In this document: piece after piece, positions 38,050 through 51,799 of the stretch
Position numbering within the stretch: the stretch's first letter is position 1
How the letters are laid out: the number at the start of each line of letters is the position of its first letter
DNA from: Octopus vulgaris
Taxonomy: Eukaryota
Assembly (NCBI GenBank): GCA_951406725.2
Contig: OX597814.1
Span: 55,986,001 to 56,050,000 of the forward strand
DNA length: 64,000 nucleotides
Direction of reading: 5' to 3'
Translations under genes and position numbers: made by a program
The notes under the pieces: model-generated
What the model was told of the DNA's origin: nothing
What the model saw: only the letters and a program-made list of their open reading frames with translations
Database searches by the model: none

Positions 38050-39600
38050 ATTAAAACACAATAAATAGAGTATAATTCCTTCCAAAACATGTGGCATCAC
38101 AGCAAAATACCAAAGAAAAATCCAGAAGTGTTCCTATTGCTGCTTAACAATGGCAAATATAGGTTATGCTTTTTTTTACAACTGAAGCATCTGGCATAAC
38201 TGCCGCAACATACATAAAAGACAATTTTAACCATTCTGTATCCTATAATAAATAAAGACACTCATCAAGTTAAAAACTATAATGTTCTATAAAAATGAAT
38301 GTCAGATATCAGTAAAGGTAGCAGCTACCATTTTTCTGGAACAAAAATAGTTTCAGTATATTGAAGTATAACATGCACAGTGTGCGAAACGCATTTTTTG
38401 AGCTATAAATAGGTTTATCACCCATTTGGCATTTATGTGTACAGGAAAAAATGCTGGAATCAACATATCCAACTGAGAAGCCATAGTTTTAAGCTATGTA
38501 AAGATAAACAAAAAATTTAAAGAATATTGGCATAAAAACAAAAAACTTGGAACTGAAAGTTCTAAAATATAATCCAGTAAATTCTAAGTTTATTAACATT
38601 ATCAACTTAAATATACCACCCTGAATCTTATCCATAGTTACACTTGGCCACATACTCTAAGTATATATCCCCAAACTTCTCACTTGGTACACATAGAGAG
38701 ATTGTACCACCAAATCAAGGGCTGGCTTGATACTCTGAATGTTCTTAATGACCCACATTAACAGGGCTCTGAGTGTCACCAAAAATATCACAATTTCACT
38801 TAACTACATACTCCAATTATATGCTGAAATCTTATTTGATGCACATATAGAGATTGTGCTGTTAATATATGTAGTGGTATGAATTCCTTGAATATTTTAA
38901 ATGATCCATACCAACATAGTTGTGTGTCTCTCCAAACTTGTCATACAACAGCGCTCAGTCAGGTATCAATTTTTACATAACCAGCCTTGTCACAATGACA
39001 ACTGTCTGTTTGTCAGTGGTTCTTAAATATGTATAATGCAGAATTAAAATAGCAACATGGACTGGCATACTACCAATAAACCTAATTTTCAACATCTTTT
39101 ATGATTGCCTTCTATTCATCAAGACACACAGTTCATATTTAGATGTATCTCTCTATAAATACCTTCACTTTGATACAAAAGAATAAAATCTTTCGATTAC
39201 CAAATTATCTTTCCTTCACAGCGTGATTGTACATTTATAAAAATCTATAAACAGTTACAGACCACATAATTTTCTACAAATATCTTTTCTGAATAGATTT
39301 ATTGCTGTTTTATATTTACTTAAATATATAAGACTTTTTTCTATCAAACACTTTCTTCAATTGTATTTACAGATTTCCTGCAGTTAAATGTAAAAAGAAA
39401 TACTTTGGCTAAACTTAGTAGGGATGAAGAGAGAGATTTTGAATGCTTGGTATAAATTTGTCTGAAAATTTCTATAGCCAAGTAAACGAATAATGTGATA
39501 GTGAATTGATAGCAGTATTCTGTTATTTGTTTATTGACTTCAATCATTGATTTGAAGCCACTTGGGGTGGCTGTCAACAAAGATTATTTGTTCATATCAA
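38050..39600 (-). mobile_element. Possible ancient L1/Tx1-like LINE 3' relic
   Basis: Non-repetitive, coding-like decayed block; minus-strand YLAIEI resembles the YLG(I) motif. Very degenerate. Confidence 0.25.
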
Positions 39601-40744
39601 CCCCTGTGCTTAATTCAGTTTGTTCCTTATTTAATCAAACTATATTTATTGAATGGCTAAGTCAATTTTTAGACAACACCAGTTTTTATTCTGGTAAATA
39701 AACACTCACATACACACTCATGCACACATATACACATGCACTTATGTATACACGCGTGCACACACACACTCACTCTCATGCATATTCACACAATGGACTT
39801 CTATATACATAGTTTTCTTCTGCCAAATTCCACTAAAAGGAGATATTGGTCAAGTATATTAGAAGAATGAAACTTCTGTTGCAAGGAATAGTTGAACTGC
39901 CCCATACCTATTTATTTTTAGAATTATTAACACTGATGTCCCTAATGCTAGGCTTCTTCTGCACCAGATAATGTTACTGTTTTGATCAGTTGCTGTCTAC
40001 AAGACACATTTATGGCCTATATTGGAGTACCACTTTCATATTCAACATGTAACAGCTGTTGCACACATACAAGCATTTTATATTGTACCCCTTCAAATGC
40101 TATAATTGTTTCATACACCTTTAATCACCAATATGATTTTTTTCTCTGTCTCTTCTGCTATTACTACAAATATTCTTCTATCCTGGAACTGATTTACTTG
40201 TTTCCTTTGTCTTATCAACCCTGCTTTGAGTTATTCTTCAAACTCCTTATGTTATACTTTTCAGTCTATCCTTCTTCCCCAGAAATTCTCAGTCCTGTTG
40301 ATAACAATCTGTAAAATGTTTCAAATTCACTAGTCTAGCAAAGTACGGAAAAATTGCAGATGCCTCCTCCCCATCTAAATTATTTTATACAAAAAAAAAA
40401 AAATCTGAGACAGATATCAAGATTCACATTTATTTTTTTTATGTGTGTAATGTTTACTAAAATGTCAATCCTTTTGATTTGATACCATCCCATCCAAGAT
40501 CGTCCCTGGTTCTGAAATACAGGCTTTACATTTTAAAGAAATTTAAATCAAAGTCTTCTATCAAAATTTCATGTTCATTTATGTTCCACTACTAATTTAG
40601 ACTTTACAACTAGAACTTGATTTTTATTAGTTAGATATACTGGAACCAATAAAGTTATGTGTTGTGCTTTGAACTTTTGACCATATAGTCAGTAGTACAA
40701 CTTAATTTTGAATCAATAGTGACACAGTATATTATTTCATATAG

Positions 40745-40949
40745 TTTACTCTTTTACTTGTTTCAGTTATTTGGCTGTGGCCATGCTAGAGCACCGCCTT
40801 CAGTCGAGCGAATCGACCCCAGGACTTATTCTTTGTAAGCCTAGTACTTATTCTATCAGTTTCTTTTGCCGAACAACTAAGTGACGGGGACGTGAATACA
40901 CCAGCATCGGTTGTCAAGTGATGTTGGGGGGACAAACACAGACACACAA

Positions 40950-41016
<67 letters not shown>

Positions 41017-41173
41017 TGTACATATGTACAACAGGTTTCTTTCAGTGTTTGTCTACCAAATCCACTCAGAAGGCTTTGGTTAGCCTGAGGCTATAGTAGA
41101 AGACACTTGCCCAAGGTGGGACTAAACCCAGAACCATGTGGTTGGTAAGCAAGCTACTTACCACACAGCCACT
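40745..41173 (-). mobile_element. SINE family A
   Basis: Near-identical to 912-1302, with an expanded (TA)n. Confidence 0.9.
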
Positions 41174-42653
41174 CTGGTCAATATTTTTGTTATATTCATA
41201 GGCTTGGCAATAACCATCATGAATCACCCCCTCCCTGAGTGTTCTGCTTTGTCAAGTGAAATTGTGCTTTATTTAAGTCAGCTATTATTATTTTCCAGAT
41301 AACGTTGTTTTGTGCTACAGTACAAAGCAATGATAATTTATCTTAATACCTCCTGCCATGCTACCTCTTTTCCAGTACTGCGATAATCAATTTCATACTA
41401 ATAATTCACTCCCTACTTCACAATTAAGATGTTAAAACACTTCTGTCTAAATTAAGATAATGAAACAGTAAAAAAACACTTGGACTTTATAAGCGTTATG
41501 TGTCTTGCCTGTACATTATAAATTCTTATAATAGATATATGTTAGTCAGGCTTTTTAGAATGCTGCTTCACTTTTTGTATTACCTACTTAACATCAAATT
41601 ATTATTTATGCCATCTTAACATAAACATATTTGTTCACTTTTGCCTTATTCCCTTTTCACCAGAAGCTTTCCTGAAGATTTTTTTCAATATATCAAGGTT
41701 AGTTATAAATTTAGTTGGCAAAATTATATTTTATATTTATCTACTGAATGGCAAATAACTGTTGATAAACAATTTTTATAAGTGTTTAAATGTAATATTT
41801 CATTAGTAAATCTTAAAACCAGAAGAAACCTTCATGAAATTTTCAATTATATGTTAAAAGAAAGAAATATACACTGCAAGGAAATTATGAATCAAATCTT
41901 ATGACAAATCTTTTTACTACATTTTTGGTTTCTATGTTTCTAATTTGTAGCTTTAAGTCAACAATGATTACAAGCAGACACCGAGGTGTCTTGCTTTGTT
42001 AATATAATCATGGTTGTTAAGCAAAAGAAAATGACTGAAATAGCACACTTTCATTAAGAAGTCTTTTAAGCTGGCCATACTGCCTTCATTTCTTCATATT
42101 TTACTTAGTAATATAAGTTGTCAAATGAGCTCTTCTAAATACAAGGCACTTATGTTGATAAATTATGTTAAAAAATATTCTTCAGTTAGGGTTAGAGCAG
42201 GCATAGCTATGTGGGTTAAGAATAAAGATTTTAGCTAGCAAGATAAAGATTTTAGCTCTGTAGGTTAAGAAGTTTGGGTTGCAATTATGTGGTTTTGGAG
42301 TTCAGTCCCATTGCATGCTACCCTGGGTGTCAACCAAAGCTTTGTGAGGGAAATTTGGTTGGTGGAAGCTGTATAAGTTTATGATGAGGCAGGACCATTC
42401 CTGTTCTTGAGTGATAGATGTAATCTGTCACCAAGTTTAAAATCACTACCTTCGAAGCCTTGAGTAGAGTCAAGTGTGTTTGCAAGCATTCAGACCACAT
42501 TTGTTTGATAATAATTTGTAACTGCAGAAACTCATTGTGAGTTATGGTTTCTTCCTCCCTTTTCCCTCAGTAATCACAGGGGCCTTAGAAAAATTAGAAA
42601 TCATGAGTAGTGCCCTCCACTGACTTATATGATGGGCTTCCGCACAGTTTCTC

Positions 42654-42972
42654 TGGCATTCTATCGCTTACAACGACAAGGGTTCCAGTTGATCTGATCA
42701 ATAGAACACCCTGCTTATGAAATTAATATGCAAGTGATTGAGCACTCCACAGACACATGTACCCTTAATGCAGTTCCTAGGAAGATTCAGCATGGCACTG
42801 AGTGTGACAAGGCTAGTCCTTTGAAATACAGGTACTACTGATGTTTGCCAGCTGAGAGGACTGAAGCAACATGAAATAAAGTGTCTTGCTCAAGGACTCA
42901 ATGCATTGCTGGGAATTGAACTCACAACCTTACAATCATGGGCTGAATACCCTAACCACAAAGCCACGCGCC
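42654..42972 (-). mobile_element. SINE family C variant nested in a family A fragment
   Basis: Reverse complement head GGCGCGTGGCTTTGTGGTTAGGG...CCTTGAGCAAGACACTTT; CACAGTTT is duplicated at the flanks. Confidence 0.75.
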
Positions 42973-43569
42973 TTCACCCACACAGTTTACATCTACCAAA
43001 TTCAATCACAAGACATTGGTCAACCCAGCGCTATAGTGAAAGGCACTTGCTCATGCCATGCAGTAGGACTGAACCCAAAACCATGTAGTTACAAACCATA
43101 ATAAATAACAAAAAGAATTGAACTGGATTTCTTTCACATTTTCCTGAGTATTTATGAGAGATGACAGAATGATAATGATCACAAATTAACATCCTTACCA
43201 TTAGTTTTGTGCACTTTACTGAACTTGGTTCGTTTTGTTGACAATAATTGCATAACAGTTCACATTTGGTTAGAAGGCAGTATGAAGAGCAAAATTGTTT
43301 TCTTCTAAAAGTTTCTAATTATAACCAGATTTGTAAAGCCATTAAACACTTGCATGTATTGTGAAAACTTGTAAAAATCTCATAAATATATAATGTTTTT
43401 AATGTGAAATTCAAATTAGTTAATTAATGGAATTGTGTGAGTGGCAAGAGTGTAAATGTTTAACAGAATATTTCTAATCTGTACAGGATACAATATTATC
43501 AGAAAATATGTCGAAAGTCAATGTAGTGATATGCAATGTGTTTTAAATAGCTGTATGGTCTCTTCCAAA

Positions 43570-43838
43570 GTTGTGTGGCTTAGTGGTCAGGGTTTTGGGC
43601 TCACAATCATAAGGTTGTGAGGTCAGTGTCCGGGTATGCATTGTATCCTTGAGGAATATACTTTATTTGAAAGGGCCAGCCATGTCACATTCTGTGTCAT
43701 GCTGAATCTCTCTGAGAAATATGTTAAGGGTATACATGTCTGTGGAATGCTCAGCCACTTGTACATTAATTTCACGAGCAGGCTATTCTGTTAATCAGAT
43801 CAACTGGAACCCTTGTCATCGTAATTGGCGGAGTGCCA
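43570..43838 (+). mobile_element. SINE family C variant
   Basis: Same body and tail as 42654-42972 (GATCAACTGGAACCCTTGTC) in the opposite orientation. Confidence 0.75.
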
Positions 43839-43879
43839 CACGCATTGTCTCTTTCACAATGTGATTGTTTCTTTTTAAG

Positions 43880-44222
43880 CTTACCTTTTACTTGTTTTAG
43901 TTATCAGACTGTGGCTATGCTGGGGCACCACCTTGAAGGTTTTTAGTCAAATAAATCAATCTTAATACTTATTTTTTAAAGTCTGGTACTTATTCTATCA
44001 GTCTCTTGTGCTGAACAACTAAATTATAGGGGCCATAAACAAACCAACACTGGCTGTTAAGTTATGTGAAAGGGAAAACACAGTTTTCCTCTACCAAATT
44101 CATTTACAAGGTATTGATCAATTTAGGGCTGTTGTAAAAAGCACTTACTTGTGCCATGCAATGGGACTGAACTCAAAACCATGTAGTTGCAAAGTGAACT
44201 TCTTAACACATCTATGCCTGCA
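43880..44222 (-). mobile_element. SINE family A, diverged
   Basis: CTTTTACTTG...GTACTTATTCTATC...GGGACTGAAC. Confidence 0.75.
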
Positions 44223-44728
44223 AGCTGAGTGCATATTAATTATATTGGGTAATTACTGCATTGTTATTTGCTATCCTGAGATAATTTTCTTAATACGGTT
44301 GTTATAAATGAAATATTCTCTTATAGTGCCGAAGTGTAGCAAAAGCCAAGTGGATTACATATTAGCCTCTCAGCTCAAAAGTTATAAGTTCATATCCTGT
44401 CTTTGGTACTGTTTCTAAGGTTAGTGCTAAACCACACCCACTCTGTTCACTTGTAACTACAGAACAGATAGAAACAAAGTGAGAATGCGTTATTAGTTGT
44501 GCACTCAGCTAAATGGAATTTGACAAGGACTTTTCTGGGTCTTCTTACACAAGAACAGGATATAATTATGTAATAAAACTTGAGCAGTATGATACTTTAC
44601 ATTTAATTGGTTGATTAAGAATGGATGAATGACATATAAATTCTATTGTATTCATCATTTACTTCTTGTATGAAAGCTAATCTTTGTTTTGGAGACTTAC
44701 ATGACCTTCTGAAACTTTTAATGGAAAT

Positions 44729-44787
44729 CTGTCGATCTGATCATAATATGATTTGATAGTGTCAGGGTGTTGTGTTCAGATCGACAG
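44729..44787 (+). ncRNA. Candidate pre-miRNA-like hairpin
   Basis: CTGTCGATCTGATCATAATA pairs with TGTTGTGTTCAGATCGACAG (12 perfect bp, then G-U pairs); 59 nt; unique flanks. Confidence 0.3.
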
Positions 44788-46259
44788 CTTATCAGTCAAT
44801 TATTAAATAAAATCTATACAGCATTGAGATGCTTCTCATTTTTATACAACATCATATACACATATGAGTATTATCTTTTTGTTCAATGTAAATTTTGTTC
44901 ATTACTAAGGAAAATAATAAACAATGTTGAAAAATAATTTAATTATTGAACAACTATTCACTGGGTTCTAATTTTATGTATTTACAAAAAGTAAAAAAAA
45001 AAAATCAACACTATTTATAATTTATTTTATCATAAAGAGTATATATTGGTTGTTAAATCAGTACCATTATTAGTTTTTCTATATCTTTATCATAAGTTTT
45101 CCAGTTTTTCTCTTTTTTTTTCTTTTTTTTCTGCTTTCCTAAACGATTTCAGTTGATGCTTTTGAAATATAAATAAATAGGAATATATAAAATTATGCAT
45201 ATCTTTTGTATTATCATATTTCTTTTTAATGAAGAAGAATGTCAACAATAAAAACATATTCAAAAAATAACTATGTAAATAAGGTTGGTTTGTAATGCAA
45301 TTATTGATTTTAAAATAATTGCTTCAGCAAATCTTATTAACTTAACAAAGAATTTCATTTAGCTTCACAGTTATCTTAAATTGTCTCAAGGCATTCCAGC
45401 ATTAAATGTAAGAAAGTAAGCTATATATTTGAAAGATAAAAAAGATTCTATATTCATTCTCATTAGTTCATTTCAGTAATGTAATTCTTACCAGAATGTT
45501 CTATTACCACAATTCTTTCTTAGATACTGGAAGTCAATAGAAGCTGGAGGAATATTATATCTATGCATATAATTAATATCAATTTCTCAGTTGTAAACTA
45601 TCTCAAGTAGATGAATAATAAGTGAAATAACTTAATCATTTCATTAAAGGGTGAAAAGATTTTTGTCAGTTACTTGGTAACTTGGACAATCTTCTTATTC
45701 TTCTTCTCTGCTCTCATCAGACTATTGACATCTTTGCTCTTATGTCTCTTGTTACAACAAACCTAATACCCTTGCTCCTGTATTTCTCTTATTGTGACAA
45801 CTCTAACATTCTTGCTATTGTACCTTGCTTGTCAACACTTTTCTAACACCCTTGTTATTGTGCCTCTCTTGCCATCACAACTCTGACATCTTTGTTGTAT
45901 GTCTTATTCATCTCTTTCATGCTAGCTATATAATGAAACACAAATTGATTGTGATGCAGCTGCCCACCACCTAACTTATCGTAATCAATATGGAAGTAAA
46001 ATACCCAACATGAAACACAAGCTGCCAAACTGCACACTTTCATTCCCGAGTTTTGATCTATGCTAAATGATTGTTGCTATCTTATAGATGCAGAAATAGT
46101 CAATGTATGTCTAGATTGCAATGACACTTTACATGATGTCTCACATTTCTTTCATTGCATAGCTAATCTTCATTTGTCAAGGTAAAATGCAGTGGGTTTG
46201 AACCCAGTACCACATGGCAGCAAAGCAAACTTTTCACTGCACTGCCATACCTGTTCCCA

Positions 46260-46455
46260 CATTATCATTGTTTAATGTTTGCTTTCGATGCTGGCATGGG
46301 TTGGACGATTTAGCTGAGGACTAGCAAGCCAGAAGGCTGCACCAGGCTCCAATCTGATCTACAGCTGGATGCCCCTCCTAATACTAGTGACTCTGAGAGT
46401 GTAGTGGGTGCTTTATACGTGCTACCGCCACAGGGGCCAGTCGGGCGGCACTGGC
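46260..46455 (-). mobile_element. RTE 3'UTR/tail fragment
   Basis: Reverse complement of 20745-20925 (GTAGTGGGTGCTTTATACGTGCTACC, ACAGCTGGATGCCC). Confidence 0.8.
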
Positions 46456-46692
46456 ATAACTTAATGAAATAAAAATTAGGTTGCCTGATTAGGGCAGTTA
46501 CAGCTGGCCCCAGTCTGATATAGTGATCTCATGAATGGCTTTGCAACACTGAAATAGATAGATAAATCTTATTTCATCTGAGATATATATAAAAAAAAAA
46601 AAATTCCATCATTGCATCAATGTTACTTGTCACCATCAACTGATGAAGATAATATTCCATAGTTCTTGTAGTAACATACACTAATGTATAGG

Positions 46693-46847
46693 CAGGGCTG
46701 TCTAACAGCACTATAGGCCTCTAGGCAAAGCAGTGTCCTGGAGCTCCAATAAACACAACTATAACATACATTGATTTGCACTGGGTTCCTAAACCTGTTG
46801 GGCCCCTAGGCAAGTGCCCAATGCATTCATACTTTAAAACAGTACTG
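46693..46847. mobile_element. hAT MITE
   Basis: CAGGGCTGT / ACAGTACTG ends; perfect 8-bp TSD TGTATAGG. Confidence 0.8.
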
Positions 46848-48409
46848 TGTATAGGTTACAAAACATTATGAAAGTGACTTAAAGCATTCAGATTACTTTG
46901 GGTTTTGAAATATCCTGATTATGAACCGAAAATTCAAAGTTAGATGTAAATAACACCGAAATATTTATGACATATAAATGCTCAGAGTAAGGAATTCATG
47001 GGTGAGATATGATATTCACATCAAACAACAAACTCTTGGTGTTGTTTAATGTTAACATTTCATTTTGTATATTTCATTTGTTAGAGCCTAAATACTTTAT
47101 ACCTATTCATTCTGTGTCATTAAGTGGCTTTCATCACTTTTTTGTAGTCATATGTACTAGTAGGCTTGCTTGCTACATTCTGCTGAGGAAAGATAGAATC
47201 GATTTGCTTCTGGCTGATCTGAAAATAGCATATGAAGAGGCCCAGAAAATTTGCAGTGTATAGATCTATGCATGCAGTTTGTTAGATGTCACTCTTGGAT
47301 GATTATTGGCAGAGTGAAATGTCACCTTTCAGTGCATGAATTAACAGCCCAGTGATGCAACATGCATTGTGTAGTTACTATGTTTTGTATATTTAGAAAT
47401 TTATACCCCACTGACTGGGGTACACTGAAATGCAAGTAATGTAGTGAGCAGAGATGGAAATTGCATGGCTTTTCACTTAGTATATAGAATATATGATAAT
47501 GTTTCATGCATTTAAGTTCTTATTGATAAATTTTGCAGCATTTTGATGCATCATTATTTCTCTATTGCAGAGATTGTGTTAGTTGTTTTAAATTACTATT
47601 GTATCTCTTTTTAATTTAAATAATCCTCTTTGTAGTAATCTTTTGTGGGAGGAAAAAAAAAAAAAAAAAAAGAAACAAATAAATAACAGAACTGTTACAG
47701 GGAGAATTTAATCAAGGAGAAAAATAAAATCCATTGGTGGATTTTATATTAAATGGAGAGGAAGGTGTAGACTTTCCATTTAAATTACATATGAAGAAGC
47801 ATATTCTCTATTCTTATTTAATTTACAAAGAAAGATTACAATTTCCTGTTAAATTAACAAGTTCTCAGCACTTTGTCATAGCTTGTTAGAAGCCATAATG
47901 TCAGCAGTCAAGATAGATGTAGATAACATAACTTGATAATTGTGTAGTACATTATAAAGATGTGTTAACTTGTTGTCAGAATCGGTAAATCAGCAGACAA
48001 AATGTATTACAGCATCAGTTTGCATTGCATCCATATATTTGGGATTAGCAGAGTTGCTAGGGCATCAGAGTATAATACTTTGCGGAATATTTTTTGGTTC
48101 TTTACATTCTGAGTTTGTATCCCGTCAAAATCAGAAAAAAGCTGAGGTCACCTTTGCCTTTCATTTTTTCAGAGTTATTGGAATCAACTACCCAAGCCTC
48201 AAAATTGCTGGCTTGTGCCTAAATCAGAAATCATTATTATTATGATTAAAAATGGCAGATTGTCACAACTTTTATAGAGTATTGGACAATATACCTTGCA
48301 ATACAAGTACATGCAACCAGTACAAGAACATGATACCAGTACAAGAACAAGAGTGTGTATGTGTGTGTGTATACACACACACACACACATACTATGTGAT
48401 AGCTACTTT

Positions 48410-48487
48410 TAGTTTGAAAATCTCTATATGAGATGGAAGTAGTAACTATAGTTACTAATTTTATCTCTTATAGAGATTTTCTAACTA
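48410..48487. mobile_element. 78-bp fully palindromic MITE (hAT-type TSD)
   Basis: TAGTTTGAAAATCTCTATATGAGATGGAAGTAGTAACTA|TAGTTACTAATTTTATCTCTTATAGAGATTTTCTAACTA; 8-bp TSD GCTACTTT at 48402-48409 and 48488-48495. Confidence 0.8.
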
Positions 48488-48536
48488 GCTACTTTGCTTG
48501 TTGCAAGATCAGTGACTGACTGTCACTTATTTTTCT

Positions 48537-48669
48537 GTATATTGCAAGCTGGAGAGAACTACTGCCATCCCTAGCGGATGGGTGTCCACCACTGAGGACC
48601 AGCCTAGTCTGGTGGTCCTGTCATGTCGCTAGAAGATGGTGGGGGTTCACTTCCCTGCTTACAATATAT
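48537..48669. repeat. GC-rich foldback, about 130 bp
   Basis: TATATTGCAAGC/GCTTACAATATA, GAACTACTGCCATC/GATGGTGGGGGTTC, CTAGCG/CGCTAG and CCACCA/TGGTGG nested pairings. Confidence 0.7.
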
Positions 48670-51600
48670 GTCAGGTGCAGATTGCGTCATCAGAGATGGC
48701 ATCTTCTTGGGGTTAAAAATAGTAGAATAGTAGTGATGTCAGTTCCTATGGAACAACCATGTTGAAGTGGCAACAAACTTTACTTTTAGTTCCTGTTGAC
48801 CAAATCAACTCACAAGGCTTTGCTTGGCCTGGGGAGCTATAGCAAGGTGTCCAAAGTGTCAGTCAGTAACATTGAAACTGAGACATCGTTGGGAAGCAAG
48901 CTTCTGAAACACTTAGCCATGCCTGTGCCTATTATGACTTGTAATATTTAGTTATGTCTATTCACATTCTCAACGCAAACCTTACTGGAATTGAACTTTT
49001 AGAGAATATGCATGTATGGTTCTGACTCCATTGAAGCACTATTTGATTCCTTTTGGCTCAGATTACAGTCTTTTGTTTGTTAGATATGCATGGTCTCTTA
49101 AGGGATCATATTCATTCACTAAATTGTTTCAGTAAAAAGTGAAAGCTATTTCTTTTATAGAATTAAGCATCATCTGTTGTAGTGTATATATGCTATCATT
49201 TTCATGTTTGTTAAACCTTTAGTCGGTTGTTATTAACATGTGATATATTTATAGCTGTTATTTTTTGAAACTTTAGCTGTGATTCCATTTTCTTTGTCTT
49301 TCTGTTTCAATATGACAATACACTGAATTTGAACTCTCAAAAGGAAAATATCTATTTCGAAATTATCGATAAAATATTTTTGAACATCATCTAATCTTTT
49401 TACAAATAATCCTTTATCAGAATGTATTATTTTCTAGTGATGCTGATCAGCTTAAATTTCCCTTCAGAGACCTAGCAGAATTTCAAATAAACATTTTTCT
49501 TTTTAACGTTTTATATGGATTATGGGCAGTGCTCATAGTACTTGCTGGCCTTCCTAGATTAGTGAGATCAGTAACATTGGCATTTAACTTGAACATTCAA
49601 ATATTGTTGTTCGGCCCTAGGTTATCTCCTTTCAAGCAGACCTATGATCAAAAAGCATTTCAGCTATGTCCACTCCACTTGTTTTCTTTTCAGACTTAGT
49701 GCTTTCCCTTATCTGTGAGGCTAGAGTATGAAATCTCTGGATATCTACCAATCTATGAAGAACTACTATAAAGGACTACTTGGATTTTCCTCTCTTTTAT
49801 CTGTGATATTAGAGTACCTTCAGGATACGAAGAACTGCTCTGAACTTTCACTTACCTGCTTTTCCTGTTTCTCTACTTTGTTATATTTATACTCAGTTCT
49901 GTATAACTATTTTATAAATGCTTTGATGCTGTTAACAACTGCCTGTCCATCTTTTATTTTGTTATAGTCTCCTAGGACTGCATTATCATACTATTCAGTC
50001 ATCAGATTTAACTTCTATCGTAACAAAGAAAGAAAGAATAAAAAAAAAAGACTAGGATTGGAAAATGTTCTCTAAAGCTGCAGTTGTTAGAATGAAGGAT
50101 TGGTTGAAATGTTTATTACAGAGTTTGGGAAGATACTGTAAGAGGAATAGTAACTTAAATAGAAGTGGTTTATAAGCTTACTAATTCAGAAAAACAAGAA
50201 CTGTTGTAATAGTAATTTTAAATTTAGACACAAGGTCAGAAATCTTGATGTGGAAGAATTAGTCAATTACATTGAAGTCAGTATTTGACTGATACGACTG
50301 ATACTTTATTTTATCAATCTTGGCGGGATGAGAAACAAAGGTGACCTATGACCTTGGTGGGATTTGAATTCAGAATGTAAAGAACCATAACTAAATACTG
50401 CTAATCAATTTGTTTCACACTAACAATTTTGCCAATCTACCATCATTATAAAATCGTTTCCAATATAGGAAACACTGCTGCAAGTGTTACTGGCCATTCT
50501 CTGTGGCAACACTATCACAATAACAGTTCACGGCTGAATTTGCCATTTGTTTTGGGGTGTACCCTCTCCCCCCCATTTTCTGCTGCTTAATCCCTCCTTT
50601 TGTTTGCTTTTTTTGTGTTTCCTTGTAATTGAATTGTGATTCAATCGTGATGTAAATAAAACTAGTTTTATTTTACAAATTGATTTCACTTCTCCTGAGA
50701 AGTCACTTACAAATACTAGGAATAGAACTAGTTCAGGGATTGATCCTTATGTCATTCCACTTCTCACATTAATCCACCTTGACCTCCTTTTATTTACTAA
50801 ATATACATATTATATATTGGTTAGTTGAAAGACATGGTTTTCTCTTATAGATTTGAAACCACCTTAGTTTGAATAAAAAATGTTGAATGCTAAGCCATAG
50901 TCCACAAACATCATTATTGGTAGCATAGCTAGTGGAGGGTAATGAAGATGGTCTATCCCACACAAAACTATTAGTCAAGGAAGCACTTTTGGGTCTGCTG
51001 TATAAACCTGTGTAAGAGCTGGTGGGGTGGAGTCAGTACAAGGGCAGTCCAGTACACTCTATAAAGTGATTGGCATTAGGAAGGGCATTCAGTCATAGAA
51101 ACCATCCCAAAACAGACAAGTGGAGTGCGAGCAACTCTCCAGCTGACAAACTCCTATTGAACCATTCATCCCATGCTACCATGGAGAATGGATATTAAAT
51201 GATGATGATGATAATGTCCCAGGCAGCATACACTCTGGCTTTGTAACTGATCATCATTATGACACATGTAAGAAAAATGAAATTGAAATATAAAAGAATT
51301 TTAGAATGATGTGATACTAACAGTGAAAATCAGAAATAGCAAAATAAATGCTTTATTTGATGAGGAATTAACAGAGTGTGAGTTGTTTGATGAGCAATAT
51401 TTATTTAAAAAATACACGTATAAAGATATCAGCTGTTGTGTCACTGATTGATACCCTATTTTCTATGCTGCAAAAAACTGAATGATTATCTTGAGGCAAT
51501 GCTCTGCAGTCAGATGTCTTTCCAGTTGCATAAAATTTTATATGCCTCTTACAACATGGAGGGATATGGAATATCCATCTTAAAATTGAGAAGTACATGG

Positions 51601-51799
51601 AAAAAGACACAGGGGAGGGGACAAATAGACTAAGTACTAGAATAAGAGCTAGATGTTGGTGAGTGACATAGACTATCTGAATGAAGGTGGTAAATGAAAA
51701 AGGTTGTATATTGAGTTAACAAAAAAAAACAAAAAAACTTGGAACAAAGTAATTGGATCTAATAAATTAAGCCTGGTGATCATCATCATCATCATCATC

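Noticed and set aside
44691-44830. Minus-strand exon ending at a GTAAGT donor (44700)
   Set aside because: All frames upstream hit stops and no good acceptor was found.
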